From: the human T2T-CHM13v2.0 reference genome, Homo sapiens
Reading direction: 5' to 3' (one strand)
DNA length: 64,000 bases
NCBI RefSeq assembly: GCF_009914755.1
Contig: NC_060933.1
Shown: positions 52,380 to 64,000 of the stretch, piece after piece
How positions within the stretch are numbered: the first letter of the stretch is position 1
Layout of the letters: each line of letters starts with the position of its first letter
Notes under the pieces: generated by a model
Databases searched by the model: none
The model's input: the letters and a program-made list of their open reading frames with translations, nothing else
What the model was told of the DNA's origin: nothing
Made by a program: the position numbers and the translations under genes

Positions 52380-52862
52380 TGTCAGAGTATCCTCAAGACC
52401 ACCCCCAGATTCAGTGATTTGCTGGGAATATTCACAAGGCCTGGGGTATAGTCGTGCTCATGAACTCACAGATAGGAGATATTACAGCAACAAATCATCA
52501 AAGGGAAAAGGCATATGGAACAAGGTTCAGCCACACAGGGCATATTCACTTCCCCGTGCAACAATGCGTGACGACGTGCATGAAATGTTGTCTACCAGGG
52601 AACCTCATTAGAGACTCAGGGCCCACGGTTGTCACTGGGGGCTGGTCAGACCTGACACATACCAAAATTCCAGAGTCTTCAAAGGAAAATAGGTGTTCAC
52701 CATAAACCATATTGTTTATACAAACAGTTTAGACAAAGTGAGCCACTCTTTTCAGGGTAGTGGGAACCCTCCCAAAATTCAAGTTCCCAGATGTGCCAGC
52801 CATGGGCCAACCTTACAAGCAGATTTGCTAAGGACAACATTCAGGCTGCTCTTTTCTGCACA
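52380..52862. mobile_element. Solo LTR, MER77/MER21-family (ERVL-like)
   Basis: TG...caagaccacccccagattcagtgatt...caaagggaaaaggc...ttcttttctgcaCA resembles recalled MER77/MER21 consensus. Confidence 0.7.
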
Positions 52863-55286
52863 CTGACCAAATAGACACCAGGCCTGTATGATATCAAAAT
52901 ATACTTTTTAAAAAGTTCAAAAAATATGACTGTCTTTTAAGAGTAGAATGAACATTTGTCAATGACTTATTTAACCCACTAATGAGGGAACTTGCAAGGT
53001 GACAAATAGGGCTAAAAGATGATCAGGTACTGTAGTCCACCAGGAAAGGCAAAATGGAAATCCTTTTGCTAAGTTGGAGACAAAATTGAATAATTTAATA
53101 ATTTTCTACATGGCAATACAAGTAGAATTTGGGGGAGTGTTTTTTTTTTTTCTAATGAATAGGAGTAATTTGCAACTTTACCAAACAAAAATGTGTGCCT
53201 TAACACAGAGTTTGGGCCCTAATCAGCCATCATTAGCAAACAGACGAAGGTATATTGCCCTAGAGAATTAAATAGTCTTAAGGTAGACCTATTAGACAGT
53301 GCTCTAGTGTGGCTCTGAAAAGGACTGCAGTTATCTTTTCCTTTATTTCTGAGTTCTGGATAATTTCTCTTAACAAGGACCTCATACCATGGTATATGAT
53401 GGCACTGAAATTTCATGTTTTTGCACAACCTAAGGAGGCAAAGAGAAAACTCAAGTTTAAAAGAACAAGAGTTATTTAAAATAAAATCAGACAAGAAATC
53501 TGAAGTGAATACTCTTGCTTCTTAAGAAGTGAAATTCTCTCTGGTTTCAAAGAGGAGCATTTCTCTGTGAGGCAGAGAGGGTCTTTCAACTTACCCTTTA
53601 GGGCAGTGGGTAAGGACTCTGCCTTTCTTGCTTGCCCCAAAATTTAGAACATGAAATTTGACTTGAGGGAGAAAGGAGAAATTGGGAGACAGAAGGGGGC
53701 ATAAAGAATCCACAGAAATATGCAGTATTCCTTGTGAGGAAAAAAATCAAAATTCTATCAGGAAGGTTGAGCCTTGAAAAAGAAATTTGATTCTGGAATG
53801 TTGTATGACAGAACCAAGGTAATTGAGAGTCCGTTGTTTCCAGAGCCTAGAAGGTAGATAATTAAGGTGTTCAAACTATGACTTCAGCTACCACGAAGTG
53901 TTGATCCAAGTGGTTTGTATATCTCTCTCTTTCTATGTAATTGCCTTATGTTATAGTTTTCCTCTCTAATGAGTCCATTTATGTACAACATGATGATCAC
54001 ATATGATAATGACTAGTAATAATTACTGCCAACACATTTACAGTGCTTAATAGTTCATATCGTTCCCTTGAATAATTAATTTTATTTAACTTCTCAAGAC
54101 AACCAGAGAGGTGGGTAACATTGTAATCTCATTTTAATGAATAAAAGAACAGAGACCCTGAATTTGCCCACTGGAGGTGCTTAAAGCAGAATGCAAATCT
54201 AGGTCATCTGAGTTAAGATTCTATGCATGTGCAGTGTTCTCAATGAGACAGTGAGAGAGACCGTATGATGACTACTGTTAAGATTGTAAGGGGCTTCGTA
54301 TTTCATGCTCAGAGGCTCAGACTTGATCCAGCAGGCCCTTGCAGGGATCCACTAAGCTGTGTTTCTCTATGGAACCCTGAAGAACATCAACATTTAAAGA
54401 GCAGATGGAAGCCCATGAAGAAAGCTTCATTCATTTCTACAAATTCACATGGATATAATCCACTTGCATATCAGAGCAGGTACCAAGACATTAGCAAAAT
54501 TTTATCTAAGGTAGAAGGACTTTCTTAATATGCCAAATATTTTCCTCCACAGAACAACCATAAATTTGCCAACTTTTTTCAATATGGACCTGGTAGTAAC
54601 TAGGAAAGCAAGTATTCACAGTATACTTGTTCAAATGATACATTTCTATTCTCCAGAATATAGATTTCTCCAGAATAGAGATATTATCTGAATTGTAATA
54701 ACATTTATACCAATTCCACTGCAGCTGTAAAGTGCAAGACACTAAAATAGTGTTTAAAATAAACAATGTTAGAAATAAGCAATCCTTACCCTTGCAGTCT
54801 TAAATGTAGATTCCCTTCTCTAGTTCAGCTCAACTGACCAGTCCTAAAAGCTATGAGCATGGGGGTCTACATTCCCATTCCTTCGTCTCAGGCATTGCCT
54901 TTCAATCCCTATACAGTGATGTTGTCCCAGCTTCATGAGGGGGATTTGCACTGTTGCAAGTTAGGAAACCCTCCTGGGGAGAGAGACTAGGAAGAAGAAG
55001 AAAAAAAAAAAGGCCTATAAACTATTCAACTAAGAATTAGCTAGGCTATCATTTTCTTGTCTGCAAAATGGCAGAGAAGTCTAAGGTGTTTTCCAGTGTT
55101 ACAGTTCCTGTCTGTACTTGGTTTGCTGAGAAATGATAACAAATAGTGATTCTGTGGCTTTTCCTGCAATTGTCTAGTCAAGGCCATAGGTACTGTAGCA
55201 TACATTAGCAAGCATTAGAACATCTCTGATGCTTTTATGGAATCCAATTGACCAACTGATTTATAACTTTCTCTTTTTTTTAACAG

Positions 55287-55371
55287 AGAAAAATCTTTGC
55301 CGGAAATGCAGTGAAAACTGCAAGACATGTACTGAATTCCATAACTGTACAGAATGTAGGGATGGGTTAAG
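55287..55371 (+). CDS. PCSK5: PCSK5 coding exon (probable exon 17): (K)KNLCRKCSENCKTCTEFHNCTECRDGL(S)
   Basis: tttttaacag| acceptor, AG|gtaag donor, 85 nt, phase 1->2. Confidence 0.96.
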
Positions 55372-56317
55372 GTAAGAGAGTGAAGGATTTTATCAAGTAA
55401 CACAGCCCAAAGAGCTTCTCAATGTAAATAAAATGAAAAAATGATAAACAAGTAAATAAACAGCTCTCTTATGATCTACCCTGGGTTTGACTCCCATTCA
55501 AGCACTTGATTGCTATTTGCATTATCTCTGCTATTATATGTGAAAAATGGGATGCTGTGTTGGCTAAAGAAGGGTTATATCCAAATAAATTCTCTTTAGA
55601 AAAGATGGCTCAGATAAAACTCAATAAAAATGGCCATTTGAGAGGCATTCTTTGTGCTTTTTAACCTGCATTGTGCCAGTCAAGGATTACTTTGCAGGTA
55701 ATACCAATGAATTATATTTAATCCCCCGATTCATTCCTTGGATGGTCGGAAATTATTCCCTTATCTTTATTATTTCTCTCCACATACCCAATCATTCTCT
55801 TATCTTAAGTACCTCAGGCTTGGTTCCATTATGCTATGGTATGCACATAGATTTAACACCAGGAGATGTTTTCCTTGAATGGATGACTTGCTCATTGCTA
55901 AAGCTCAATAGTTGGTCAACTCTCTAAGAGAACAATGTACAGCTCAAATTAACTAGGTAGCCTCTTGATCTCAGTAGGGAAGGTGAGACCATTCTGCATT
56001 TAGTGAAGAGTTGGACTGAGGCTGTACGTAGAATTAGAACTCTGCTGCACTGGATTTCTTTTAAGTATTGATCATATCTTTATTTCCACCTGTGATTGGA
56101 GGTAAACTAGGCAGGGTCCAGGCAGTTTCCAGGCAGGTACATTCTTCACCATTAACCAGTATTGGAGCATCATTTTCATTTAGATTAATTATCTATGGCT
56201 TCATTTCTTTTTCCCCCCATGAATGCATTCAGTATTAGCTTACTTGGCAATTTTCATCTCAAGACTTCAGTACTGAGAAAGAATTAGCCACCTAATTCTT
56301 CTTGGAGAAGGAGCAAA

Positions 56318-56548
56318 GCAGTATAATAGAAGGAAAGAAAGTAGATGTGGGCTCACATCCTCCTCTGCTATTTATTAACTGTGTGATTTGGGGCAAGTCA
56401 CTTAACTACTCCGAGCCTTCATTTTCTCCTCTATAAAATGATGATAATAATAATCCCTGTTTTGCTGGATTATGATAAAGGTTAACTGTGATAACATTTA
56501 CAAAATACCTATTCTACCATCTGGCACATACTTGGTTCATGAGAAATA
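56318..56548 (+). mobile_element. MIR
   Basis: ctgtgtgatttggggcaagtcacttaac...ctctataaaatg. Confidence 0.75.
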
Positions 56549-56604
56549 AAAGATGATTTAAATTATTTTATTTCTTAGGGAACATTGTATAGAGTATGTT
56601 AAAC

Positions 56605-57107
56605 CAGTGCATGCCGGTAGAAACATGAGAGCCATATATGTAATTTTAAATATGCCAGTAACCACATTAAGAGAAGTAAAAAGATATAGGGGAAATGAGT
56701 TTAATAAAATATTTTATTTCACCTAATATATCTAAAATATTATCATTTCAACAATATAAAAACTTATCAGATGTCTTTCATTCTTTTTCATTGTTGTACT
56801 GTCTTCAAAATCTGATATATATTTTACCCTTAGAACACATCTCAATTCAGACAAAATTGTTTTTATGAGAAATATTTGATCTTTATTTAGGTTTCACAGT
56901 TGAAAAAGAAAATTTTACATAGCCAAGTTGTTCCAAACGTACCCAAATTTTTGCCAGTAATGGAATCAAGTGCCAATTTTTCACATTTAGACTTAAATTA
57001 GTTAAAATTAAATTAAATAAAATGTAAAATTCTGTTTCTTAGCCATACTATAGCCACCTTTCGAGGTCTCAGTAGCCATGTGTGCCAGATTATGTTGTAC
57101 AGCACAG
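56605..57107. mobile_element. Charlie1/MER33-family hAT deletion derivative
   Basis: gccatatatgtaattttaaat..agtaaccacattaa...acatctcaattcagac...agtagccatgtgtg...acagcacag. Confidence 0.75.
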
Positions 57108-57987
57108 GTCTAACCTGGCCAGTTTATCACAGAGAGAACAGAGGCGTTCACAATACCAAGTGCATTAGCCTCGCAGTACCTGTATTTTGGAAGCAGCAGA
57201 AAGCTTCAGGGTTGGTGACTGCTGTCTGTTACACGTCCCCCTTACCTCATTCCTTCTCCATACAGTGCAACCTCTGTGTCCTGCTGAACAGATGCCAACC
57301 TCACAAGGAAGTGCTGTCCTGTATTAGAAAAACTAGGCAGCTTTTTAACTTTGATAAGTGTTTCGGTGGTCCTTATTTCCTCTCAAATGGATCCATTTAA
57401 GGCAGTATCCTTTTTTCTAGTGCTACAGAAAGGGAAAGGGATTTTCTTTTGGCTTTTTAAATGACAGCGCTCTCTCTCTGGCCAGTGAGGAGATCTATGA
57501 ATGAAGTCCACTTTCACTTATGCTGCCCTTAGTCTCCTTGAGGCCCCTTGCATTTTTCTAAGGGCTTCCAGGGTTGACCATTTTGCCTCAAGAGACTTGT
57601 AAATTTTTAAATAGTGGTGAAGAACAAACAGGGGAAAAAATATATCAGTGCACAAAATCCAGGAAGGAAATAAATTAAATGCTAATGGGGACTGTTCGGG
57701 TTTCTTTTTTCTTCAACTTTGTTTTTGTACTTTCCAAATTTTTTTAAGAGCATAGGGAAAAATAAATTTTAATTTTTTAAATTAGCATTATCCACATACA
57801 AAGCAGTCAATTAAGATGTCAATTTGGAGCAGTATAAAGAGTTTAAAACAATGGAAACCATTTAACCCTGTTTAGATACTGATCTTCTAGTTTCATTGAT
57901 TTGGTAGCATAGGATTACATTTTCTCACTATGTTTCCAATCACACTAGTTATTCAGTGAATAATATTTTTTATATTAACTATTGTAA

Positions 57988-58325
<338 letters not shown>

Positions 58326-59191
58326 TAGACTGTGAAAAATATGATAGCTGACAGAAATTAGAAGGGAGAGAAAAATATGCATTTCTCATTTGACATTCTG
58401 ACAACTCATTAAATACTATCTCATATTGCTAGGTAAATAGAAATTTAAATAGGTTATTTAATATAGTTTAGATAACTCCCAGAAACACTAAATAATAATA
58501 TAACAACAAAGAAAAGTCAAGATGATTGGGGAAATAGCAGTACAGTTAGTTTTGATAAATTTTTCATTAGAGTGTTTAAAATGAATAAATCAAGAAATAG
58601 AGGCAAAAGTATTTTAAATCTTGTTGTTTTGATGAGAACCTATAGAAGACTAAAATCAGAAACACTTAAAATCAGAATGGCTACTCCGGAGAATTTGAGC
58701 TGTGGGTTGGACAGGATGGTCGTACACTTTTACTCAGTCATAATTCATTGTACCATGTGTTCCTACTGCATTTATAATCATGAAATAACTGTTTAATTTA
58801 TTATGTAGTAAGTCTGGATATTAAGAAATTGTTGGGCTTATTGCTAGACAATGTGATTGTTTTGTCAATCAAATACTTTTTAAAACCTCTGGGTTGTAAG
58901 ATGTTGCGCAAAGTAGGAGTGTGCCCATCAGTCTAACAAATTAAGGAGGCTGTCCCCGAAGCCTAGCAGCGTGTGTGTATGCTACAGATATCATTGTAGG
59001 CACAGAGAAGCATTATAAGCATTGAGAGGAGAAAAAAAAGGGTACACGGGCTATTTCCCCGGCTTTGAAGCTTTGCCAAATCCACTGGCCTCTGAGGGAA
59101 ACTGTATCTGTTACATATGGAGTTTGGGGAGTCATTACGTTTTGGCCTCATCACAACAGTCTGCTTGAAGCTCCCTTTATACTTCTTCCAG

Positions 59192-59289
59192 CCTGCAGGG
59201 ATCCCGGTGCTCTGTCTCCTGTGAAGATGGACGGTATTTCAACGGCCAGGACTGCCAGCCCTGCCACCGCTTCTGCGCCACTTGTGCTG
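59192..59289 (+). CDS. PCSK5: PCSK5 coding exon (probable exon 18): LQGSRCSVSCEDGRYFNGQDCQPCHRFCATCA
   Basis: cttcttccag| acceptor, G|gtacct (weak) donor, 98 nt, phase 2->1. Confidence 0.95.
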
Positions 59290-59707
59290 GTACCTTCCCT
59301 AGTTCTTTTGTTTATTCTCCCGGTTCTGGTTTTGCTTTTCTTTCTGGTTTGGGCCATCACTCATGCAACCCACTTGATACTTTTAAAGTAATGCTGGAAA
59401 AGTTTATTTCTCGTTTGATAATTGTGTGTGTATTCTCATTGAAAGTCAAGCAGTCATCAGCATCCTATCCTCATTGAGAAACTTACATAGCCCAGTGATA
59501 GCTCCTCTTTCAAAAGACAGTGAATGTTTTTGTCAAGAGGTTCCATTTTAACTTTGAAGGCTTTTTTCCCAGGGAAATCAAGAAAAAGCATGAATATTAA
59601 ATTATTATTCTTTGACGCCATTTTCTCAAACTGTTAAAGAAGAAGCCCATGACACCACCTCCTCTGAGGTTTTATTTCTCGTTTCCTGTGTTTGTCTTGC
59701 TTTTAAG

Positions 59708-59837
59708 GGGCAGGAGCTGATGGGTGCATTAACTGCACAGAGGGCTACTTCATGGAGGATGGGAGATGCGTGCAGAGCTGTAGTATCAGCTATTACTTTG
59801 ACCACTCTTCAGAGAATGGATACAAATCCTGCAAAAA
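59708..59837 (+). CDS. PCSK5: PCSK5 coding exon (probable exon 19): (G)AGADGCINCTEGYFMEDGRCVQSCSISYYFDHSSENGYKSCK(K)
   Basis: gcttttaag| acceptor, AA|gtaagt donor, 130 nt, phase 1->2. Confidence 0.95.
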
Positions 59838-60244
59838 GTAAGTGGATCTGCCCCCTGGGCCCTAGCATTTAGACCTAAGTTCTTTTGATGACTATCTTCA
59901 TAAGAAAATAAGAAAACTTAGAATTTGTAATGATAACACTAGGTTTAAACATGTACCTGTGGACACTGTTCTGAAGCTTTCACCCAGCTTATCATTGATA
60001 TTTTTATTCCTTTGCCTCAGGGGCACCTTAAAACCTTTAATATTTCAATTTCAAGTACATGCTCCATACCCTTTAAAATCACAGTGTCTACCTGTGTCAC
60101 CTAACCTAGCAATTGTTGTGAGGAAAGATTTTTGAGTAATCTTCAGAGGGATAATTAAATGTAAGACATTATGAGGTTGCTAGTAAACACACCTTCCCCT
60201 GTGCATGTGTGAATGGATTAAAAAATTGTACATTTTTCTCATAG

Positions 60245-60360
60245 ATGTGATATCAGTTGTTTGACGTGCAATGGCCCAGGATTCAAGAACTGTACAAGCT
60301 GCCCTAGTGGGTATCTCTTAGACTTAGGAATGTGTCAAATGGGAGCCATTTGCAAGGATG
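60245..60360 (+). CDS. PCSK5: PCSK5 coding exon (probable exon 20), last exon shared by PC5A and PC5B: CDISCLTCNGPGFKNCTSCPSGYLLDLGMCQMGAICKD
   Basis: ttttctcatag| acceptor, G|gtgagt donor, 116 nt, phase 2->1. Confidence 0.96.
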
Positions 60361-60589
60361 GTGAGTACAACTGCCCATATCGATCTTATGAAGCAAAGTA
60401 TAATCTTTCTACTTTCAGGACTAATATTTTTCCACTTAAAAAAGAAACTCACAGCATGCATCAGATATGACATGCTCAATATTTTGGTGGCATTCATTCA
60501 TCTTGAACTTATGCCCTTAATGGATTTGTTTGAATTGCACAAAGAAATAAATCAGCTACAGTGGCACTGGCCAATATGGCTCAAGTTAA

Positions 60590-61030
60590 TTTTTTTAATT
60601 AATAAACTTTATTTTTTGAGAGCAGTTTTAGATTCATAAGCAAAATTGAGCAGAAAGTTCAGAAATTTCCCATATACCCCGTTTTCCCCACACAGGCATA
60701 GCTTCCCCCACTATCAACATCAAGCACTAGAGGAATACATTTGTTACAGTTGATAAACCTACAGTGACACATCATTATCACCCAAAGTCCACAATTTACA
60801 TTAGGGCTCACTCTTGGTTATATATTCTGTGGGTTTGGACAAATGTATAACAACATGTATGCAACATTATAGCGCCATGCAAAGTAGTTTTACTGCCCTG
60901 AAACTCCTCTGTGAATTACCTACTCATCTCTCCCACCCACTACTGATTTTTTTTTTTTTTTTACAGTCTCCATAGATTTGCCTTTTCCAGAATCTGTATA
61001 ATTGGAATTATACAATATGTAGCCTTTTCT
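60590..61030 (-). mobile_element. L1MC/MD-like 3' end, antisense
   Basis: aaactttattttttgagagcagttttagattca...aaaattgagcagaaag...catcattatcacccaaagtcc. Confidence 0.8.
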
Positions 61031-61444
61031 AGCTAATTATTGTTGTATTTCTTTCCAGTTTTCACCATATTAAAAATACCATGCACATAGAGTTTTGTAT
61101 CTTGCTTTTTGCACTAAGCATTAGGCATAAACATTATCCTATGTTTTTACAAAGTTTTAGGAAACTTTATTTTTAATAGCAGCATAAAATTCAATCATGT
61201 GAAGATTCTATAGTTTTTAGCCAATCTCCTATTATTTGGATTGTTTATAATTTTGATGTATAAACAGTAATTAAATGGGTATCTGAATCTTTCATTAAGC
61301 CTGTGAGGCTAGGAAGTAATATTTTCATCTTACAGAAGGGAAAACCCAAGGTGTAGAGCTAGGAAATGATAGACCTAAGTATAGAACTTAATATTTCAAA
61401 ATGTTGGTCTGTTCTTTGCACCAATGATTCTGAACCAGGATGCA

Positions 61445-61550
61445 GCACCATCCCCAAATATTCTGATTGAATTGATCTGGGGTGCAGCCCATGATCATAG
61501 GTTTAACTTCCCAAGTGTTTCTAATCTGCAGCCAGGTTTGAGAACCACTG
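61445..61550. mobile_element. MER5-family fragment
   Basis: ttctgattgaattgatctggggtgcagccc...tgcagccaggtttgagaaccactg. Confidence 0.65.
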
Positions 61551-61949
61551 CACATCCAATTCTCCCTAACAATTTAGCTAATACCAAGTTTCCTCACCTC
61601 TCTAGCCTCAGTTTCCCCATCTGTAAAAATGAATGAATTTAAATTATTCCAACTCCAACATTTTGTGAACTTTTTTGACTCTTGAAATAACTTACGCTGA
61701 AGCGACCCTAAAATTTACTCCTAAATTTATGCAGATATTACATGCCAATGATGTAGAAATTGTTTAAACTATTTGTTTAAACTATTGTTGTTCAAAACAT
61801 CTTTGGATTGTTATAAAAATAGAAAACAAACAAAAAATATGCAGTTGGAACAATCTGACTCACATGATCGCTGCCCTAGGTTTATTCTTTCCCTTCTTTT
61901 GAATGTTTCCCCTTCTGGAAATTTCATGAAAGGAAAAACAGTACCATTG

Positions 61950-62150
61950 TCAGGAGAATGTGGACTTGGAAGTCAGAATGCTGTCATTCATACCTGGTCT
62001 CCAGGCCTTGGGCAGGTTATGAACTTCTCTGGGCCTCATTTCCACCATCTGTAAAAAATGAAGAAGATAATACTACTGACCTCATCTGGTTATTCCACAA
62101 CTCCCTACAAAGAATCTCAAAAAGGTGTCAGAAAGAACGGGGCACATGAT
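61950..62150 (+). mobile_element. MIR
   Basis: ccttgggcaggttatgaacttctctgggcctcatttccaccatctgtaaaa. Confidence 0.7.
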
Positions 62151-62490
62151 TGATAGCACTGATAGGACATCATTTGTGGTCTTATTTCTTTGGAGCATCG
62201 TAGGTGACTTTGCATCTCCATGGTTTTTCCAGTATGTGATTGGTCTGGCAGGCATGGGCCCGACACAGTCAGTTCCTGTGTTCTGAGGTTTTCTCGCCAG
62301 GGCTGATTCTACTATAGCACACTGGGGTGATAAAGGCTTGGGGTGGTGGCACCCCAGGGGCCACGTAAGTATCATTTTTTAGTTACCAGCAAGTGCCTCC
62401 TTTACTTTACTTAAAAACATGGCTCCCCTATTTCTGAATATGACCAGAATTTTTGGTAGGTTAGTAACAGAAAATTGAGGAAGATGAAAG

Positions 62491-62697
62491 TGAGACCAGC
62501 CTGAGCAACATGGTGAAACCCCATCTCTACTAAAAATACAAATATTGGCCAGGCATGGTAGCTAATCCCAGCTACTTGGGTAGCTGAAGCATGAGAATCA
62601 CTTGAACCCTGGAGGTGGAGGTTGCAGAGAGCAGAGATCGTGTCCAGCCTAGGCAACAGAGCAAGACTGTCTCAAAAAAAAAAAAAAAAAAAAAAAA
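62491..62697 (+). mobile_element. 5'-truncated Alu with A24 tail
   Basis: Begins at GAGACCAGCCTG; right arm and polyA present. Confidence 0.92.
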
Positions 62698-63016
62698 GAA
62701 GTGATGATCGATGCAGGAAATCCATTGTAACAACTTGAAATGTTCACCAACAGTACTTGGTACCAGGCATTTCAAGAGTTGTAATGCTTTAACTACTTTC
62801 CCTAAACCATGGTGAGCACTGGATAAGTTATGTCAAATGGCACTTTGCTAAAAGCGGAGTGTCAGGCTTGTGGGCTGAAGTGGGAAAAGAAGAATCATAT
62901 CTGCAGTGAGCCCATTTTCAGGTCAGTTACAAAATGAGAATATTGATGGCTCACCAGGCTTTTGAAATCACATGGCAGCTGCACTTAAGGATGTGTTATT
63001 TATTCTCTTTCAACTG

Positions 63017-63496
63017 TCATATTTCTGTGATTCTAAGACATATATTTTTTACATTTTATCATCTCGGAAATCAGATGCATCTTATAATTTGTGGCAGTTT
63101 ACAACTGCTTTTGACCAGAAAACTGATGTGATATCAGTGTTACTGCCCAGATATGAGAGTTGGATGCAGAGACATCTGTTCAACCGAGTTAGGCACATGA
63201 CTACTTCTTCTTGTGTTGAATTTAATTCTTCTTCTTGTGTTGAATTTAATTGCCGTTCTAAAGAGGTTTGAAAATTAAACTATTGTTCAATATTCGAAGG
63301 AAAGATTCTTGCATAAGCATGGAAACAAAACAGAATGTTACATAAGTATAACAAATACTTTTAATAAGTCTAAAATTAAAATTCTAATTGATAAGACAAT
63401 ATTGTGTCACAGTTTAATATGAAGCATCTTTTCCTTTGTGTTACTTAAAATGATGGTGCATCTTAAATCTTGTGTCTTAGATTCAATGAAATATGG
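63017..63496. mobile_element. Tc2-family (Kanga/MER104-like) DNA transposon fossil
   Basis: Inverted termini (t)catatttc..gattctaagac ... gtcttagattcaatgaaatatgg followed by TA. Confidence 0.7.
63204..63251. repeat. Perfect 24-bp tandem duplication (cttcttcttgtgttgaatttaatt)x2
   Basis: Read directly. Confidence 0.95.
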
Positions 63497-63847
63497 TATA
63501 AATGACTGTATACTCTCTGCTCTAGGTATCTCAAAGAAGACAAATTTCTTGCTTGTGTTATTAATTGATTTCTAATTTATTCTTTTTCTAATCTTTTTTT
63601 TTTTTTCACAAATGGATACCAATTACATTTACCATTGGACTGCAATGTCTCTCCTCTCCTTGAAAAACAATGCGGTTGACTGAAATCACTTTGGGTGGAC
63701 CAAATTTCCTCCTGTTGACTACTCCTGAATGATCTCTTCCAATTCCCCAAATCTGCCTCTCTGGCCAATCACAACCTTCTTCCATGTGTGTACATCATGC
63801 TGCTCTCGTCTTCAACTCCCCTTCTCTCTTGCTGACTTCTGGAAAAG

Positions 63848-63963
63848 CAACGGAAGAGTCCTGGGCGGAAGGAGGCTTCTGTATGCTTGTGAAAAAGAAC
63901 AATCTGTGCCAACGGAAGGTTCTTCAACAACTTTGCTGCAAAACATGTACATTTCAAGGCTGA
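63848..63963 (+). CDS. PCSK5: PC5A-specific terminal coding exon (PLAC domain): (A)TEESWAEGGFCMLVKKNNLCQRKVLQQLCCKTCTFQG*
   Basis: ctggaaaag| acceptor in phase 1, TGA at 63961-63963; CCKTC is the PLAC-type C-terminal signature; matches recalled PC5A C-terminus. Confidence 0.95.
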
Positions 63964-64000
63964 GCAGCCATCTTAGATTTCTTTGTTCCTGTAGACTTAT
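63964..64000 (+). other. PCSK5: Start of PC5A 3' UTR (continues beyond window)
   Basis: Directly follows the PC5A stop codon. Confidence 0.9.

Noticed and set aside
59290-59300. Donor gtaccttcc resembles the U12-type GTATCCTT
   Set aside because: Lacks the invariant +4 T, and no TCCTTAAC branch precedes exon 19; treated as a weak U2 donor.
60361-60368. Intron-20 read-through begins GEY, the same as the recalled PC5B continuation after ...ICKD
   Set aside because: Any phase-1 G|GTGAG donor reads G-E (exons 10, 13 and 14 do too); only one extra codon matches, which is compatible with chance.

Overview
Human (primate) genomic DNA containing the 3' half of PCSK5 (proprotein convertase PC5/6) on the + strand. 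Twelve GT-AG coding exons splice into one open frame of 1534 nt ending at TGA 63961-63963. They encode the end of the subtilisin-like catalytic domain, the P domain (RRGDL), an acidic linker, furin-like Cys-rich repeats and the PC5A-specific terminal PLAC exon. Exon numbers 10-21A are from recollection and fit a 913-aa PC5A. The introns carry 10 Alus, L1/L2/MIR fragments, hAT and Tc1/mariner fossils, one LTR and simple repeats. No RNA genes, CRISPR arrays or prokaryotic features were seen, and almost all other ORFs in the track are spurious. The most striking signal is around exon 14: its frame reads through the donor into a compound (AATGG/AATCG/AATAG/AACAG)27 satellite-like array. This encodes a KKR-preceded (MEWNG)n tail, the same pentapeptide as the SCA31 (TGGAA)n product, and the array has stops in all three frames. 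The same exon also regenerates a 5' splice site at its junction with exon 13 and is bracketed by inverted Alus. Further candidates, all inferential, are a poison exon (154-236), a possible intragenic promoter with a signal-peptide-like sORF (~32.3 kb) and an alternative-frame hydrophobic tail at exon 18.
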